The notes below the pieces were generated by a model. It saw nothing but the letters and a program-made list of their open reading frames with translations. It did not search any database and was not told the origin of the DNA. DNA of 64,000 nt, from NCBI GenBank assembly GCA_049968755.1, contig JBMFQE010000005.1, forward strand, positions 18,188 to 82,187. The letters run 5' to 3'. Positions 48,507 to 57,565 of this stretch are shown here, in pieces. Origin of the DNA: Bacteroidales bacterium. GTDB taxonomy: Bacteria > Bacteroidota > Bacteroidia > Bacteroidales > DTGW01. Position 1 is the first letter of the stretch. Every line of letters begins with the position of its first letter. The position numbers and the translations under genes are program-made.

Positions 48507-49088
48507 TTGTATAAAAAATTGGGTAAGTTGACTCGAATACATCCATTATTGCTGTTATTGATATTGAGCATAGCGTCCTGCGAAAATAATATTGAGGTGG
48601 TGAAAAATCTGGGCGAACTGAAAGAGGCCCCTGTGGTTTCGGCGCAGGAAGTGGAAATTTTGTATAGCGATTCGGCCAGGCTCAGGCTACGTATTACTGC
48701 CCCTGAAATTAATCGTTACAACCGACCCGATAAACAATATACTGAATTTCCTCGGGGAATTAAGGTAGAACAGTTTGATTCCACCCTGAAGGTTGTGGCT
48801 GTTATTGAAGCGCGTTATGCCATTTATTATGAAGAAAAAAAACTGTGGGAAGCACGTAACAATGTAATTGCCAGAAATTTAGTCAAAAACGAAGAACTAT
48901 ACTCAGAGGAATTGTTTTGGGATCAGGCACAAGGTAAAATATATTCCTACAAATTTTCCCGAATTTCCAATGAAGACGGAGTATTTTATGGTGAAGGAGG
49001 ATTTGAGGCTAAGGAAGACCTATCGCAATGGCATATGCTGGGCATTAAAGGTAAGGTAAATATTAAGGAAAACTTTGATGAAAAGTAA
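48507..49088 (+). CDS. lptC: LPS export periplasmic component LptC (lipoprotein form)
   Basis: Lipobox SIASC and an OstA/LptC-like beta-jellyroll pattern (YSDSARLRLRITAPEINRY...YTEFPRGIKVEQFD...YAIYYE...EELFWDQ). It occupies the Bacteroidota position after coaX. Confidence 0.75.
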   Translation: MYKKLGKLTRIHPLLLLLILSIASCENNIEVVKNLGELKEAPVVSAQEVEILYSDSARLRLRITAPEINRYNRPDKQYTEFPRGIKVEQFDSTLKVVAVIEARYAIYYEEKKLWEARNNVIARNLVKNEELYSEELFWDQAQGKIYSYKFSRISNEDGVFYGEGGFEAKEDLSQWHMLGIKGKVNIKENFDEK

Positions 49089-49263
49089 ATTACGAGCATT
49101 TTTTTGGCTTGCTATTGCGCTAATATGCCTTGTTGCCGGGGTTCATCAGACTTATAGCAGAGGTATAGTCGAAAGCTATGTGTTTTTTCTTTTTACTATC
49201 TTTGCCCTATTCTTTTTCCTGTACCATCGCAACAGGTTTAAGAACGATTCCAGCAATACCTGA
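49075..49263 (+). CDS. small two-TM membrane protein (hypothetical)
   Basis: A 62-aa ORF with two hydrophobic helices. It overlaps the lptC end by 14 nt and ends 6 nt before the next gene. Confidence 0.5.
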   Translation: MMKSKLRAFFWLAIALICLVAGVHQTYSRGIVESYVFFLFTIFALFFFLYHRNRFKNDSSNT

Positions 49264-49269
49264 AAAGCC

Positions 49270-50529
49270 ATGTCGGATCTAATACAGCTGATTATCTGTC
49301 TTGGTCTTTCGGCCTTTTTTTCGGGTATGGAGATAGCCTTTCTCTCAGCCAACCGTTTACGCATTGAACTTGACCGGCGACAGGGGAATTTTTCAGCCTA
49401 TCTGGTATCGTTTTTTATCAAAAAACCTGAACATTTTCTGGCTACCATTTTAATTGGTAACAATACTGTGCTGGTAGTGTATGGCTTGATCATGGCTCGC
49501 ATGCTGGGCGGAAGCCTTGGCACATTCGTCCCCAACCCTATTGTGTTGCTGATTTTACAAACAACGTTTGCTACCCTGCTTATTTTAATCACCGCTGAGT
49601 TTCTGCCCAAAATGATTTTTCGATTGGCACCCAACTTTTTTCTCAATTATTTTACTTGGCCAGTTTTTATTGTATATGTCGCACTCTATCCTGTTGTTCG
49701 CTTTATATTATGGATGACCGAAATATTTATTGCAGGCACAAAAGGAGAAGCTCATTCCCATGACAAACATATTTTTGGACGCATCGACCTGGAACATTTG
49801 ATGAATGAGCAGTCGGGCAACCGTCAGGATGTGGATACCCCGCACGAGGTAAGGATATTTCGTAATGCCCTTGATTTTTCAAAAATTCGTTTACGCGATT
49901 GCATGGTTCCACGTACGGATCTGGCGGCCATCGCCGATAATGTATCGCTTGACTCGGTTCGGGAAAAGTTTATTGAAACCGGCTTTTCCAAAATTCTTGT
50001 ATATCACCAAAGTATCGACAATATAATAGGTTATCTCAATATTAAGGATCTTTTTAAAATTTCGGAACACTGGCAGTCAAAAATCATTAAGGCTCCGTTT
50101 GCCCCAGAAACGATGCTGGCCAGTAAGATGCTGCGTATCCTTATGCAGGAACACAAAAGCCTGGCAGTGGTAGTTGATGAATTTGGTGGTACTGCAGGTA
50201 TTGTTACAATAGAAGATTTGATGGAGGAAATTTTTGGGGAGATTCAGGACGAGCACGATACCGATGAAATGGTGGAAAAAGTTTTGTCAGAAGTAAGTTT
50301 TGTATTTTCAGGTCGTTTGGATATAACTACGCTCAATGAGAAGTATAATCTGAATATTCCACTTTCGGACGAATACGAAACATTGGCTGGCTATATCATG
50401 CATCGTATTGGAAAAATACCGATCAACAATGAGATATTCCACTTTGATGGTTTTTCGGTTAAAATTTTAAAAACCTCACACAACCGTATTGATCTGGTAT
50501 ATTTGAAAAAAGAAGACGAGGAAAAATAA
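49270..50529 (+). CDS. CNNM/hemolysin-family membrane protein (DUF21-CBS pair-CorC/HlyC; GldE-like)
   Basis: Four N-terminal TM helices, a tandem CBS region and a C-terminal transporter-associated domain. Confidence 0.85.
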   Translation: MSDLIQLIICLGLSAFFSGMEIAFLSANRLRIELDRRQGNFSAYLVSFFIKKPEHFLATILIGNNTVLVVYGLIMARMLGGSLGTFVPNPIVLLILQTTFATLLILITAEFLPKMIFRLAPNFFLNYFTWPVFIVYVALYPVVRFILWMTEIFIAGTKGEAHSHDKHIFGRIDLEHLMNEQSGNRQDVDTPHEVRIFRNALDFSKIRLRDCMVPRTDLAAIADNVSLDSVREKFIETGFSKILVYHQSIDNIIGYLNIKDLFKISEHWQSKIIKAPFAPETMLASKMLRILMQEHKSLAVVVDEFGGTAGIVTIEDLMEEIFGEIQDEHDTDEMVEKVLSEVSFVFSGRLDITTLNEKYNLNIPLSDEYETLAGYIMHRIGKIPINNEIFHFDGFSVKILKTSHNRIDLVYLKKEDEEK

Positions 50530-50531
50530 AA

Positions 50532-50564
50532 CAAGGGGGAGTGGCACAATGACACTCCCCCTTG
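50532..50564. terminator. bidirectional terminator between the convergent CNNM gene and qNOR gene
   Basis: Perfect 12-bp GC-rich inverted repeat CAAGGGGGAGTG/CACTCCCCCTTG with a 9-nt loop. Confidence 0.75.
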
Positions 50565-50574
50565 TGCGTGAATT

Positions 50575-52773
50575 TTATTTTTTAATACTCCATCCGCCTT
50601 TAAGACCAAAGATAAACCAGGTGAGAGCAATTGCCCCTACCCCAAAAATGGTATCGCCAATGATGCGTAACCATTTAAATACGTTGATGTAGGGTTGTTG
50701 CATGAATTCGGCTGAACGGGCATACCACAATCCTTCTTTAACGCTTGCCACTGTTTGAGCCAGTCCAATTGGAAGTAAGCTAAGTAGCACCATAGCAATA
50801 AGCCCAATGTTGATGCTCCAGAAAGCAAATTTGAGCCATTTATCGTTCCATTCGGCCTGTAAATCCATATCGCGCAGCACAAAGAGCATAAGTCCAATAC
50901 CCAACATTCCGTATACCCCAAAGAGAGCTGTGTGTCCGTGAACGGGTGTGGTATTTAGTCCCTGCATATAGTATAGGGCAATGGGAGGGTTGATGAGAAA
51001 CCCAAAAATACCTGCACCCACCAGGTTCCAGAAGGCAACGGCCACGAAACAGTAGATGGGCCATTTGTATTTTCGCACCCAGTCGGTGCTCTGGGTCAGT
51101 TTCAGGTTATCGTAGGCCTCAAATCCCATAAGCGTAAGGGGTACTACCTCCAGCGCACTGAATGTTGCCCCAAGTGCCATTATAGAAGTTGGCGTACCTG
51201 TAAAATATAGGTGATGGAAAGTTCCAATTATCCCGCCCGATAGAAAGATGATAGTAGAAAAGAGAACGGCAGTAGTTGCGGTGGTCACTTTTATCAGTCC
51301 CAATCGCACAAACAGAAAAGCAGTAACTACAGCAGCGAATACTTCAAAGAATCCTTCCACCCACAGGTGAACTACCCACCAACGCCAATATTCTACAATA
51401 GCCAGATGAGTTTGTCTTCCCCACATGAGTCCAGCTCCGTAAAAAGCTGCAATGGCAATAGCCGAGATAAGAAATAATACTAAAAGGTTTTTGTTCTCCG
51501 TTTTTTGCTTGATAGCTGGCCATATGGCACGTCCCATTAATATAAGCCAAACCAACAGCCCCACGAATAGTAGCAGCTGCCAGAAACGTCCCAGGTCGAT
51601 GTATTCGTAGCCCTGATGGCCCAACCAAAAGTTTTCGATCAACCCCAGCTTTTGCATAACCCCCAGCCACTGACCGACAAGTGATCCCACTACGACAATG
51701 AGAAGAGCAATAAACAGGAAGTTTACGCCCAGCCGTTGGTACTTTGGTTCGTGACCCGAGATTACCGGTGCATAGTAGAGACCTGTTGCCAGCCACGAGG
51801 TTGCTATCCAGAAGATAGCCAGCTGAACATGCCAGGTTCGTGAGATAGAGTAGGGGAGTATATTGGCCAGGGGTATTCCATAGAGTCCCTGCCCCTCTAC
51901 ACCGTAGTGGGCAGTGATTACGCCCATGACAACCTGTACCAGGATAAGCAGGGTAACTATCCAGAAATATTTGAGTGTTGCCTTTTGTGAGGGAGTATTA
52001 GCCGTTGTTCCCAGCGGAAATTCTGCAGCAATACCCTCAAATGGTTCATCGCGTTTTCGAGCGTAATACCACACCATAAGGCCAATGCCTGCAATAAGCA
52101 TAATGACGCTAAACCCTGTCCAAAGTAGCAGTGCACCCGAGGGTGCATTCCCTACCAGTGCCTCGGCTGGCCAATTGTTGGTATAACTTATGTCTTGCCC
52201 TGGTCGATTGGTTACACATGCCCAGGCTGTCCAGAAAAAGAATGCGGTGAGTTTGCGAATTTTCTCTTTGTCGGTCAGCGTATTGGTTTTTATTGCATAT
52301 TGTTCTCTTAACCGGGCAAAAGCAGGATCGTCTGTAAACAGTTTTTCGTAATATTGGATGTTATTGGCAATTGCCTCCGCCCTGATGTCTGATATTACAA
52401 TGCTTTTTTGTGTAGCATCGTAGGTGTTCTTTCGAATGTCTTTTTGTAATAGCGCCTTTAAATATGCCTGCTTTTCTGTGGGAAGACTGTCGAACGAGGT
52501 TTGATATTCGCTCCGTGCCAGCTTTTCCAACATGAATACTGCTTCCCGATGAAGCCATTCAGCACTCCAATCAGGTGCCACGTACGAGCCGTGTCCCCAG
52601 ATGGTTCCCAGTTCATGCCCACCAATGCTTTGCCATACATTCTGCCCTTCACGGATGTCGGTACCTGTAAACAATACGGTTCCATCTGCTTTGACTACTT
52701 GTTCAGGTATCGGCGGTGCTTGATGATAAATTTCTCGCCCAAAAATGAGCAACACTGCAAAAGATACCGTCAA
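50575..52773 (-). CDS. norB: quinol-dependent nitric oxide reductase (qNOR; NorB/NorZ, heme-copper oxidase family); N-terminus interrupted by an in-frame TAA
   Basis: An N-terminal ~250-aa qNOR-specific periplasmic extension (GHELGTIWGHGSYVAPDWSAEWLH), then 12+ TM helices with His ligands (HHLYFTG, HGHTALFGVYGM). See the finding on 52789-52812. Confidence 0.9.
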   Translation of the reverse strand: MTVSFAVLLIFGREIYHQAPPIPEQVVKADGTVLFTGTDIREGQNVWQSIGGHELGTIWGHGSYVAPDWSAEWLHREAVFMLEKLARSEYQTSFDSLPTEKQAYLKALLQKDIRKNTYDATQKSIVISDIRAEAIANNIQYYEKLFTDDPAFARLREQYAIKTNTLTDKEKIRKLTAFFFWTAWACVTNRPGQDISYTNNWPAEALVGNAPSGALLLWTGFSVIMLIAGIGLMVWYYARKRDEPFEGIAAEFPLGTTANTPSQKATLKYFWIVTLLILVQVVMGVITAHYGVEGQGLYGIPLANILPYSISRTWHVQLAIFWIATSWLATGLYYAPVISGHEPKYQRLGVNFLFIALLIVVVGSLVGQWLGVMQKLGLIENFWLGHQGYEYIDLGRFWQLLLFVGLLVWLILMGRAIWPAIKQKTENKNLLVLFLISAIAIAAFYGAGLMWGRQTHLAIVEYWRWWVVHLWVEGFFEVFAAVVTAFLFVRLGLIKVTTATTAVLFSTIIFLSGGIIGTFHHLYFTGTPTSIMALGATFSALEVVPLTLMGFEAYDNLKLTQSTDWVRKYKWPIYCFVAVAFWNLVGAGIFGFLINPPIALYYMQGLNTTPVHGHTALFGVYGMLGIGLMLFVLRDMDLQAEWNDKWLKFAFWSINIGLIAMVLLSLLPIGLAQTVASVKEGLWYARSAEFMQQPYINVFKWLRIIGDTIFGVGAIALTWFIFGLKGGWSIKK

Positions 52774-52836
52774 TACGGCTAGGAAAATTTACCATAATCT
52801 TCTTGTTCTCATGATATTTGGTTTTAGTTATACCGA

Positions 52837-52874
52837 AAAAAATATTTAAGTACAAAAATACTTAAATATTTTTT
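52837..52874. promoter_or_regulatory. perfect 16-bp inverted repeat in the norB / polyferredoxin divergent promoter region (candidate operator)
   Basis: AAAAAATATTTAAGTA-caaaaa-TACTTAAATATTTTTT. It lies 25 nt from the upstream ATG of norB (52812) and 121 nt from the ATG at 52995. Confidence 0.5.
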
Positions 52875-52994
52875 ATTTTATTAAATTTACCAGAAATTTT
52901 AATTGAAAAATGATAGGTTTATTTTTAGACCTTATATAGAAATAAGGTCTGAAAATTAGACAAATAGTAATCATTTAGAATAAACATAAGAAGT

Positions 52995-53972
52995 ATGAAA
53001 TCACGAAATGGATATCTAGCATTGAGCATTTTTGTGTTTGTGTCGATCTTATTGAGCATAGTACAGCATAGGGAAATGGATCGGCCGCTGCTACTGATGG
53101 AGCGATTTTTTAGACATGGTGGATGGATAGAGATTTTGCTGATTGCCAGCTATGGGGCTTTTTTAGGATATCAGATGTCCGATCCTGCACGTGTTCCCAG
53201 GTATCGACGATTATCGTGGTTTATGTTTTGTTTGGTGTTTTTTTCGCAGTTTATATTGGGCTTATTGGTAGATACAATTTTTCTGATGACAGGCAAGTTG
53301 CATCTACCCATACCCATGATGGTGCTGGCGGGTCCCATTTACCGGGGGCAGCTATCGGTAATGTCAGTATTGTTTTTGAGCACAATAGTTCTTACCGGAC
53401 CTGCATGGTGTAGTCAGTATTGCTATTTTGGTGCAATGGATGGGATAGCATCGGGCAGGCAAAAAAGGCCACGATCCTGGAAGAAAGGGCATGCTTTCAA
53501 GTGGACACTCTTTTTTCTTGTCGTGTTGGTGGCCTGGCTGTGTCGTATGCTGGGAGTTAATCATCTGATAACTACCCTTATAGCAATACTTTTTGGGTTA
53601 GTTGGCATTACCATCATTGTGTTAGTATCGCGCAGATATGGAACTATGATGCACTGTGTATATTATTGTCCATTGGGAACATTGGTTAATTTGCTCAAGT
53701 GGGTTAATCCTTTTAGGATGGTTATTATCGATAGTTGCACGCTCTGCATGCGCTGCACCACACATTGCCGATACGATGCATTAAATCCGGAAAATATCAA
53801 AAATCATAAGCCTGGGTATACCTGTACCTTGTGCGGCGATTGTTTACCTTCCTGTCATCATCAATCGATACAATACAAGTTTTTATGGTTAAATCCTACG
53901 GTAGCCCGCAATCTTTATTTATTTCTGACGGTGTCGTTGCATGCAGTATTTCTGGCATTGGCCCGTATTTAA
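52995..53972 (+). CDS. NapH/MauN-like integral-membrane polyferredoxin (4Fe-4S binding)
   Basis: Multiple TM helices, CX3C(P) motifs (WCSQYCY, HCVYYCP), and two CxxCxxCxxxC ferredoxin motifs (CTLCMRCTTHC, CTLCGDCLPSC). Confidence 0.8.
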   Translation: MKSRNGYLALSIFVFVSILLSIVQHREMDRPLLLMERFFRHGGWIEILLIASYGAFLGYQMSDPARVPRYRRLSWFMFCLVFFSQFILGLLVDTIFLMTGKLHLPIPMMVLAGPIYRGQLSVMSVLFLSTIVLTGPAWCSQYCYFGAMDGIASGRQKRPRSWKKGHAFKWTLFFLVVLVAWLCRMLGVNHLITTLIAILFGLVGITIIVLVSRRYGTMMHCVYYCPLGTLVNLLKWVNPFRMVIIDSCTLCMRCTTHCRYDALNPENIKNHKPGYTCTLCGDCLPSCHHQSIQYKFLWLNPTVARNLYLFLTVSLHAVFLALARI

Positions 53973-54199
53973 TTATTTGAAAACGGATGAAATGGCAAGT
54001 GATGATGTTGAGATTGTGTTTACTGTCTGCTCAAATTTTACATGAATATTGTTTTTGCAACGAATGCCAAAATTGTTTCTTTTCTTCAATAATTTTCTCT
54101 TCTGATAGTTTCAATTTATTGGCTTATCAGAGGATCAACCAGTTAAAATTGGGTTTTAGGCAAGTCCAATAAAAATTTATGTAACATAAAAAAAATGTT

Positions 54200-54207
54200 T
54201 AATTTTG
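54200..54207 (+). promoter_or_regulatory. candidate -7 promoter box (TAATTTTG) driving the riboswitch-btuB transcript
   Basis: Matches TAnnTTTG immediately upstream of riboswitch helix P1. Confidence 0.45.
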
Positions 54208-54392
54208 CGCTGTATTGGTTCCCGCAAGGGATTAAAAGGGAATCCGGTGTGAAACCGGAGCTGTCCCCGCAGCTGTAATCCTGTTCCTGTGTATCAGGAA
54301 TGTGCTTTTAACACCTCTGCCACTGTCCCGCAAGTAAGGGATGGGAAGGCGTTAAAAGTCAGGAAAGCCAGAAGACCTGCCAGTACAGCATT
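54205..54392 (+). promoter_or_regulatory. cobalamin (B12) riboswitch
   Basis: Conserved core GGTTCCCGCAAGGGATTAAAAGGGAATCCGGTGTGAAACCGGAGCTGTCCCCGCAGCTGTAA and B12-box region GCCACTGTCCCGCAAGTAAGGGATGGGAAGGCG. P1 pairs CTGTATTGGT (54210-54219) with GCCAGTACAG (54379-54388). It lies upstream of a TonB-dependent receptor. Confidence 0.92.
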
Positions 54393-54420
54393 TCGTAGCT
54401 TTCGGGTGAAAAGCAAAGAA

Positions 54421-54458
54421 TAGAACTTCCTGTTGATTTCAGTTCTATTTTACTTTTT
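54421..54458 (+). terminator. possible riboswitch expression-platform hairpin / attenuator
   Basis: TAGAACT...AGTTCTA 7-bp stem followed by TTTTACTTTTT, between the aptamer and the btuB-like ATG. The stem is weak and AT-rich. Confidence 0.35.
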
Positions 54459-54498
54459 GCCGAAATGTTACGAATGATTGCACTAATCATTTGTAACA

Positions 54499-56412
54499 AT
54501 GCGGTATTTTTATTTGGTTATATTATTGTTCAATCTATCTGGCATAACAGCTCTGTCTGCTGGTGCCGACAGCATTATTATCAATATTGATGCGGTGGAG
54601 GTATCGCGTCCCCGCTACGAGGTATTGTCGATAGGGGCTACGGTTCAGTCTGTCGATACTTTTTTACACAAAATAAGCCGTAATCTTTCTCTACCCGATT
54701 TGCTAAGTTTTGCGGGATTGAATATAAACAACTATGGCCCGGGTGGACTATCAACCCTGGCTGTCAGGGGGATGTCGGCTTCGCATACTGCCATTGTATG
54801 GGACGAGGTGAATCTTCAGAGTCCTATGAATGGTCAGGTAAATCTGTCGGTAATACCTTCCTGTTTTTTCGACCGTGCCAGCATACAGTATGGTGGTTCA
54901 GGGGTTAACTATGGAAGTGGTTCTATGACCGGCATTGTACATTTGGGCACTGCCAATATTTTTCAACAATCAAACCAGCTATGGATTTCGCCAGCTTTGG
55001 GTAGCTTTGGAAATAGAAGTATGGGTATGGGATATAAGCTGGGTAATCATCGGCTTGCCACTTCACTCAAAGCCTTTCTTCAGCAATCCGATAACGATTT
55101 TCCCTATAAAAACACGGCCGACTTCTACCAGCGTACTGTCCGGCAAACCAATGCTGGTTTAAAACAATATGGTATTTTTCCCCAGCTGGCGGTACAGACC
55201 TCTGAACGTTCGTTGCTGAAAGCCTCGTGCTGGATACAGCAATACAACAAGGATATTCAAACCATGATGACCAGCACTACGCCTAATCAATCGCACCAGG
55301 ACGATAGGAACATCTGGTTAAATGTGCAGTGGAAATATGTCGACTCAGCCTATGTGCTCTCGCTGAGAAATGCCTACCTGTACAATCAGGTACTTTATAC
55401 CGATGCTCAGCAAACGACAACCGATAACCATTCGCAATCGTACATTACCGAGCTGGAATCGAGGGTGTGGGTTCGCAAGAACCAATGGTTGCAGGCTGGG
55501 CTTAATTATACTTATGATAAAGCTTTTTCGGGTGGATACAGTAAAAGCCCAACCCGCCAGCGGACATCCCTGTTTATGCAGTACCGCATCGAAAATATTG
55601 TCCAAAGGTTAAATATGGTGGTGGGTTGCCGGCAGGAATATGTGTCTTCTTTTCTTCCATTGGTATACAGTTCGGGACTTGAATATAAACTCAATTCTCA
55701 TTGGCGGGTAACGACCAATATTTCCAGAAATTACCGAATCCCTACCCTTAATGATCTTTACTGGAAGGAGGATGCGTTTGCACGCGGTAACCCGTCCCTC
55801 AAACCCGAGTGGGGCTGGTCAGCTGAGGTGGGTCTGCATCAACAGCAAATCTGGGGTAATATGCGGGTTGAAGCCTCGCAAATGTATTTCTATAACCACA
55901 TTTACAACTGGATTGTATGGCAACCTGATGCCATAACCGGCAAGTGGCAACCTGTAAATAAGTTGCAGGGAAAATCGGAGGGACTCGATTTAAGGTTTAA
56001 AACCTCTTACGAATCTGTCAGATTGCGCTGGATGGTAGCAGCCTCTTACCAATACACCTATGCACGTATGATGCAATCCAATGGGCAGTGGAGCAACTAT
56101 CCCCCCGATTATGTGCCAGCTCATCGGGCAAGCATCAACCAGATGTTTTCCTACAAAAATATTTCGGTGGGTTATATCCACAATTACACAGGCCCAAGAT
56201 ATTCGCTGGGTAGCCGTTTACCATCCTATCAGGTTGCCGACCTGTTCTGGCAATATTTGCTTTATAAAAATCAACTTAGGGTAACCCTTCAGTTTCGTAT
56301 CAACAATGTGTGGAATGAATTTTACCAGGTGCGACAGTATTATGCTATGCCGCTTCGCAACTATTTGTTCATCCTGATACTTGAATTATCAGCCAAACCA
56401 AATATTTATTAA
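54499..56412 (+). CDS. btuB: TonB-dependent outer-membrane receptor, BtuB-like (vitamin B12/corrinoid uptake)
   Basis: Signal peptide, plug domain (LAVRGMSASHTAIVWDEVNLQSPMNG) and a 22-strand barrel-length C-terminus. It is controlled by the upstream cobalamin riboswitch. Confidence 0.85.
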   Translation: MRYFYLVILLFNLSGITALSAGADSIIINIDAVEVSRPRYEVLSIGATVQSVDTFLHKISRNLSLPDLLSFAGLNINNYGPGGLSTLAVRGMSASHTAIVWDEVNLQSPMNGQVNLSVIPSCFFDRASIQYGGSGVNYGSGSMTGIVHLGTANIFQQSNQLWISPALGSFGNRSMGMGYKLGNHRLATSLKAFLQQSDNDFPYKNTADFYQRTVRQTNAGLKQYGIFPQLAVQTSERSLLKASCWIQQYNKDIQTMMTSTTPNQSHQDDRNIWLNVQWKYVDSAYVLSLRNAYLYNQVLYTDAQQTTTDNHSQSYITELESRVWVRKNQWLQAGLNYTYDKAFSGGYSKSPTRQRTSLFMQYRIENIVQRLNMVVGCRQEYVSSFLPLVYSSGLEYKLNSHWRVTTNISRNYRIPTLNDLYWKEDAFARGNPSLKPEWGWSAEVGLHQQQIWGNMRVEASQMYFYNHIYNWIVWQPDAITGKWQPVNKLQGKSEGLDLRFKTSYESVRLRWMVAASYQYTYARMMQSNGQWSNYPPDYVPAHRASINQMFSYKNISVGYIHNYTGPRYSLGSRLPSYQVADLFWQYLLYKNQLRVTLQFRINNVWNEFYQVRQYYAMPLRNYLFILILELSAKPNIY

Positions 56413-56432
56413 AACTTAAAAAATGATTATCT

Positions 56433-57494
56433 ATGAAAAAGACTAAACTCTTGTTTTACCTTATCCTGGGTACTTTTGCCTTTGTGGCCTGTAATGATGA
56501 TGACAACGATGGTCCCGCAGGTTTATACTCAAATGGAGCTTTTATATTGCACGAGGGTAATTTTGGGCGCTCAAATGCCACGGTCGGATTTTTGAGTTTT
56601 ACCACCGATAGTTTCAAGGAGGACATTTTTAGCGCCACCAATAACCGTCCGCTTGGTGATGTGCTACAGTCGATGACTATATACCAGGGAAAGGGTTATC
56701 TTGTGGTCAACAATTCGAATAAGATCGAGGTTGTCAACATTGCTGATTTCAAGCAGGCAGGTGTTGTTGAGAATTTGAGCAGTCCCCGTTTTGTGACATT
56801 TTATCAGAATAAGGGCTATGTAACACAATGGGGCGATGGTTTTAACGGAAGTCTGGCTATATTTGATATAGCAAAACTTGCGGTTGATACGGTTATTGCC
56901 ATTGGTTCAGGCCCCGAGGGCATTGCCGAGATTAACCAGAAGCTTTGGATTGCCAACGGTGGAGGTTGGGGTACCGACTCAACTCTTGTGGTATTTGATC
57001 CGGCAACGCTTAAAATAGAAAAAAGAATTGTAGTGGGTTACAATCCCCAGCATTTTGTTGTCGATCAGCAGGGTTACCTGTGGGTATTGTGCTCGGGGGC
57101 TGCCGATTGGAATAACAGCGAAAACGATAAGCCCTCATCGCTCGTAAAGGTTGATGTAAAATCCTATACCGTTGTGGCTACGGTAACTATTGGAAAAAAT
57201 GACCACCCTGCGGCTATAGCCTGCAACAAGGACAAAAACGTAATCTATTATGGGGCAGGTTACGGATTCAATGGCATCTGGAAAGTTGGTATCAATGCTA
57301 CCACCACCGAAACAGCCCCCTTTATTGAAGGGTATTTCTATGGATTTTCAGTTAATTCTACCAATGGCGAAATATATGCTTTCGATGCAAAGGATTATGC
57401 TTCAAAAGGCGAAATGATTCGTTACTCTACTACTGGCAGCAAAATTAAATCATACACAGTAGGCATTATTCCTAAGGCTGCTGTGTTTAACTAA
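56433..57494 (+). CDS. surface-type beta-propeller lipoprotein (YncE-like fold), putative corrinoid-binding accessory protein
   Basis: Lipobox FVAC followed by an Asp-rich stretch NDDDNDG. It has repeated blade-like segments (YLVVNNSNKIEVVN, LWIANGG...LVVFD, LWVLCSG...LVKVD). It starts 20 nt after the btuB-like gene. Confidence 0.7.
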   Translation: MKKTKLLFYLILGTFAFVACNDDDNDGPAGLYSNGAFILHEGNFGRSNATVGFLSFTTDSFKEDIFSATNNRPLGDVLQSMTIYQGKGYLVVNNSNKIEVVNIADFKQAGVVENLSSPRFVTFYQNKGYVTQWGDGFNGSLAIFDIAKLAVDTVIAIGSGPEGIAEINQKLWIANGGGWGTDSTLVVFDPATLKIEKRIVVGYNPQHFVVDQQGYLWVLCSGAADWNNSENDKPSSLVKVDVKSYTVVATVTIGKNDHPAAIACNKDKNVIYYGAGYGFNGIWKVGINATTTETAPFIEGYFYGFSVNSTNGEIYAFDAKDYASKGEMIRYSTTGSKIKSYTVGIIPKAAVFN

Positions 57495-57565
57495 GCGATT
57501 GTTACCCTCTCTATTTTTCTCCGAAAGTCCCGTATCAACGATCATGGCAAAAAAATACGGGACTT

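Noticed and set aside
52789-52791. Reassigned genetic code (TAA read as sense) to explain the stop inside norB.
   Set aside because: TAA terminates clearly delimited conserved genes in this same window (for example dxr at 2897-2899), and gene ends agree with family lengths. A standard code with a local nonsense change or sequencing error is far more likely.
53987-54172. A 61-aa Cys-rich ORF between the polyferredoxin gene and the riboswitch promoter. Also small ORFs at 44050-44235 and 44123-44425, and 27265-27543.
   Set aside because: They have no start context or promoter box and a low-complexity AT-driven composition. They overlap terminators, promoters or the 3' ends of real genes. They are judged spurious.
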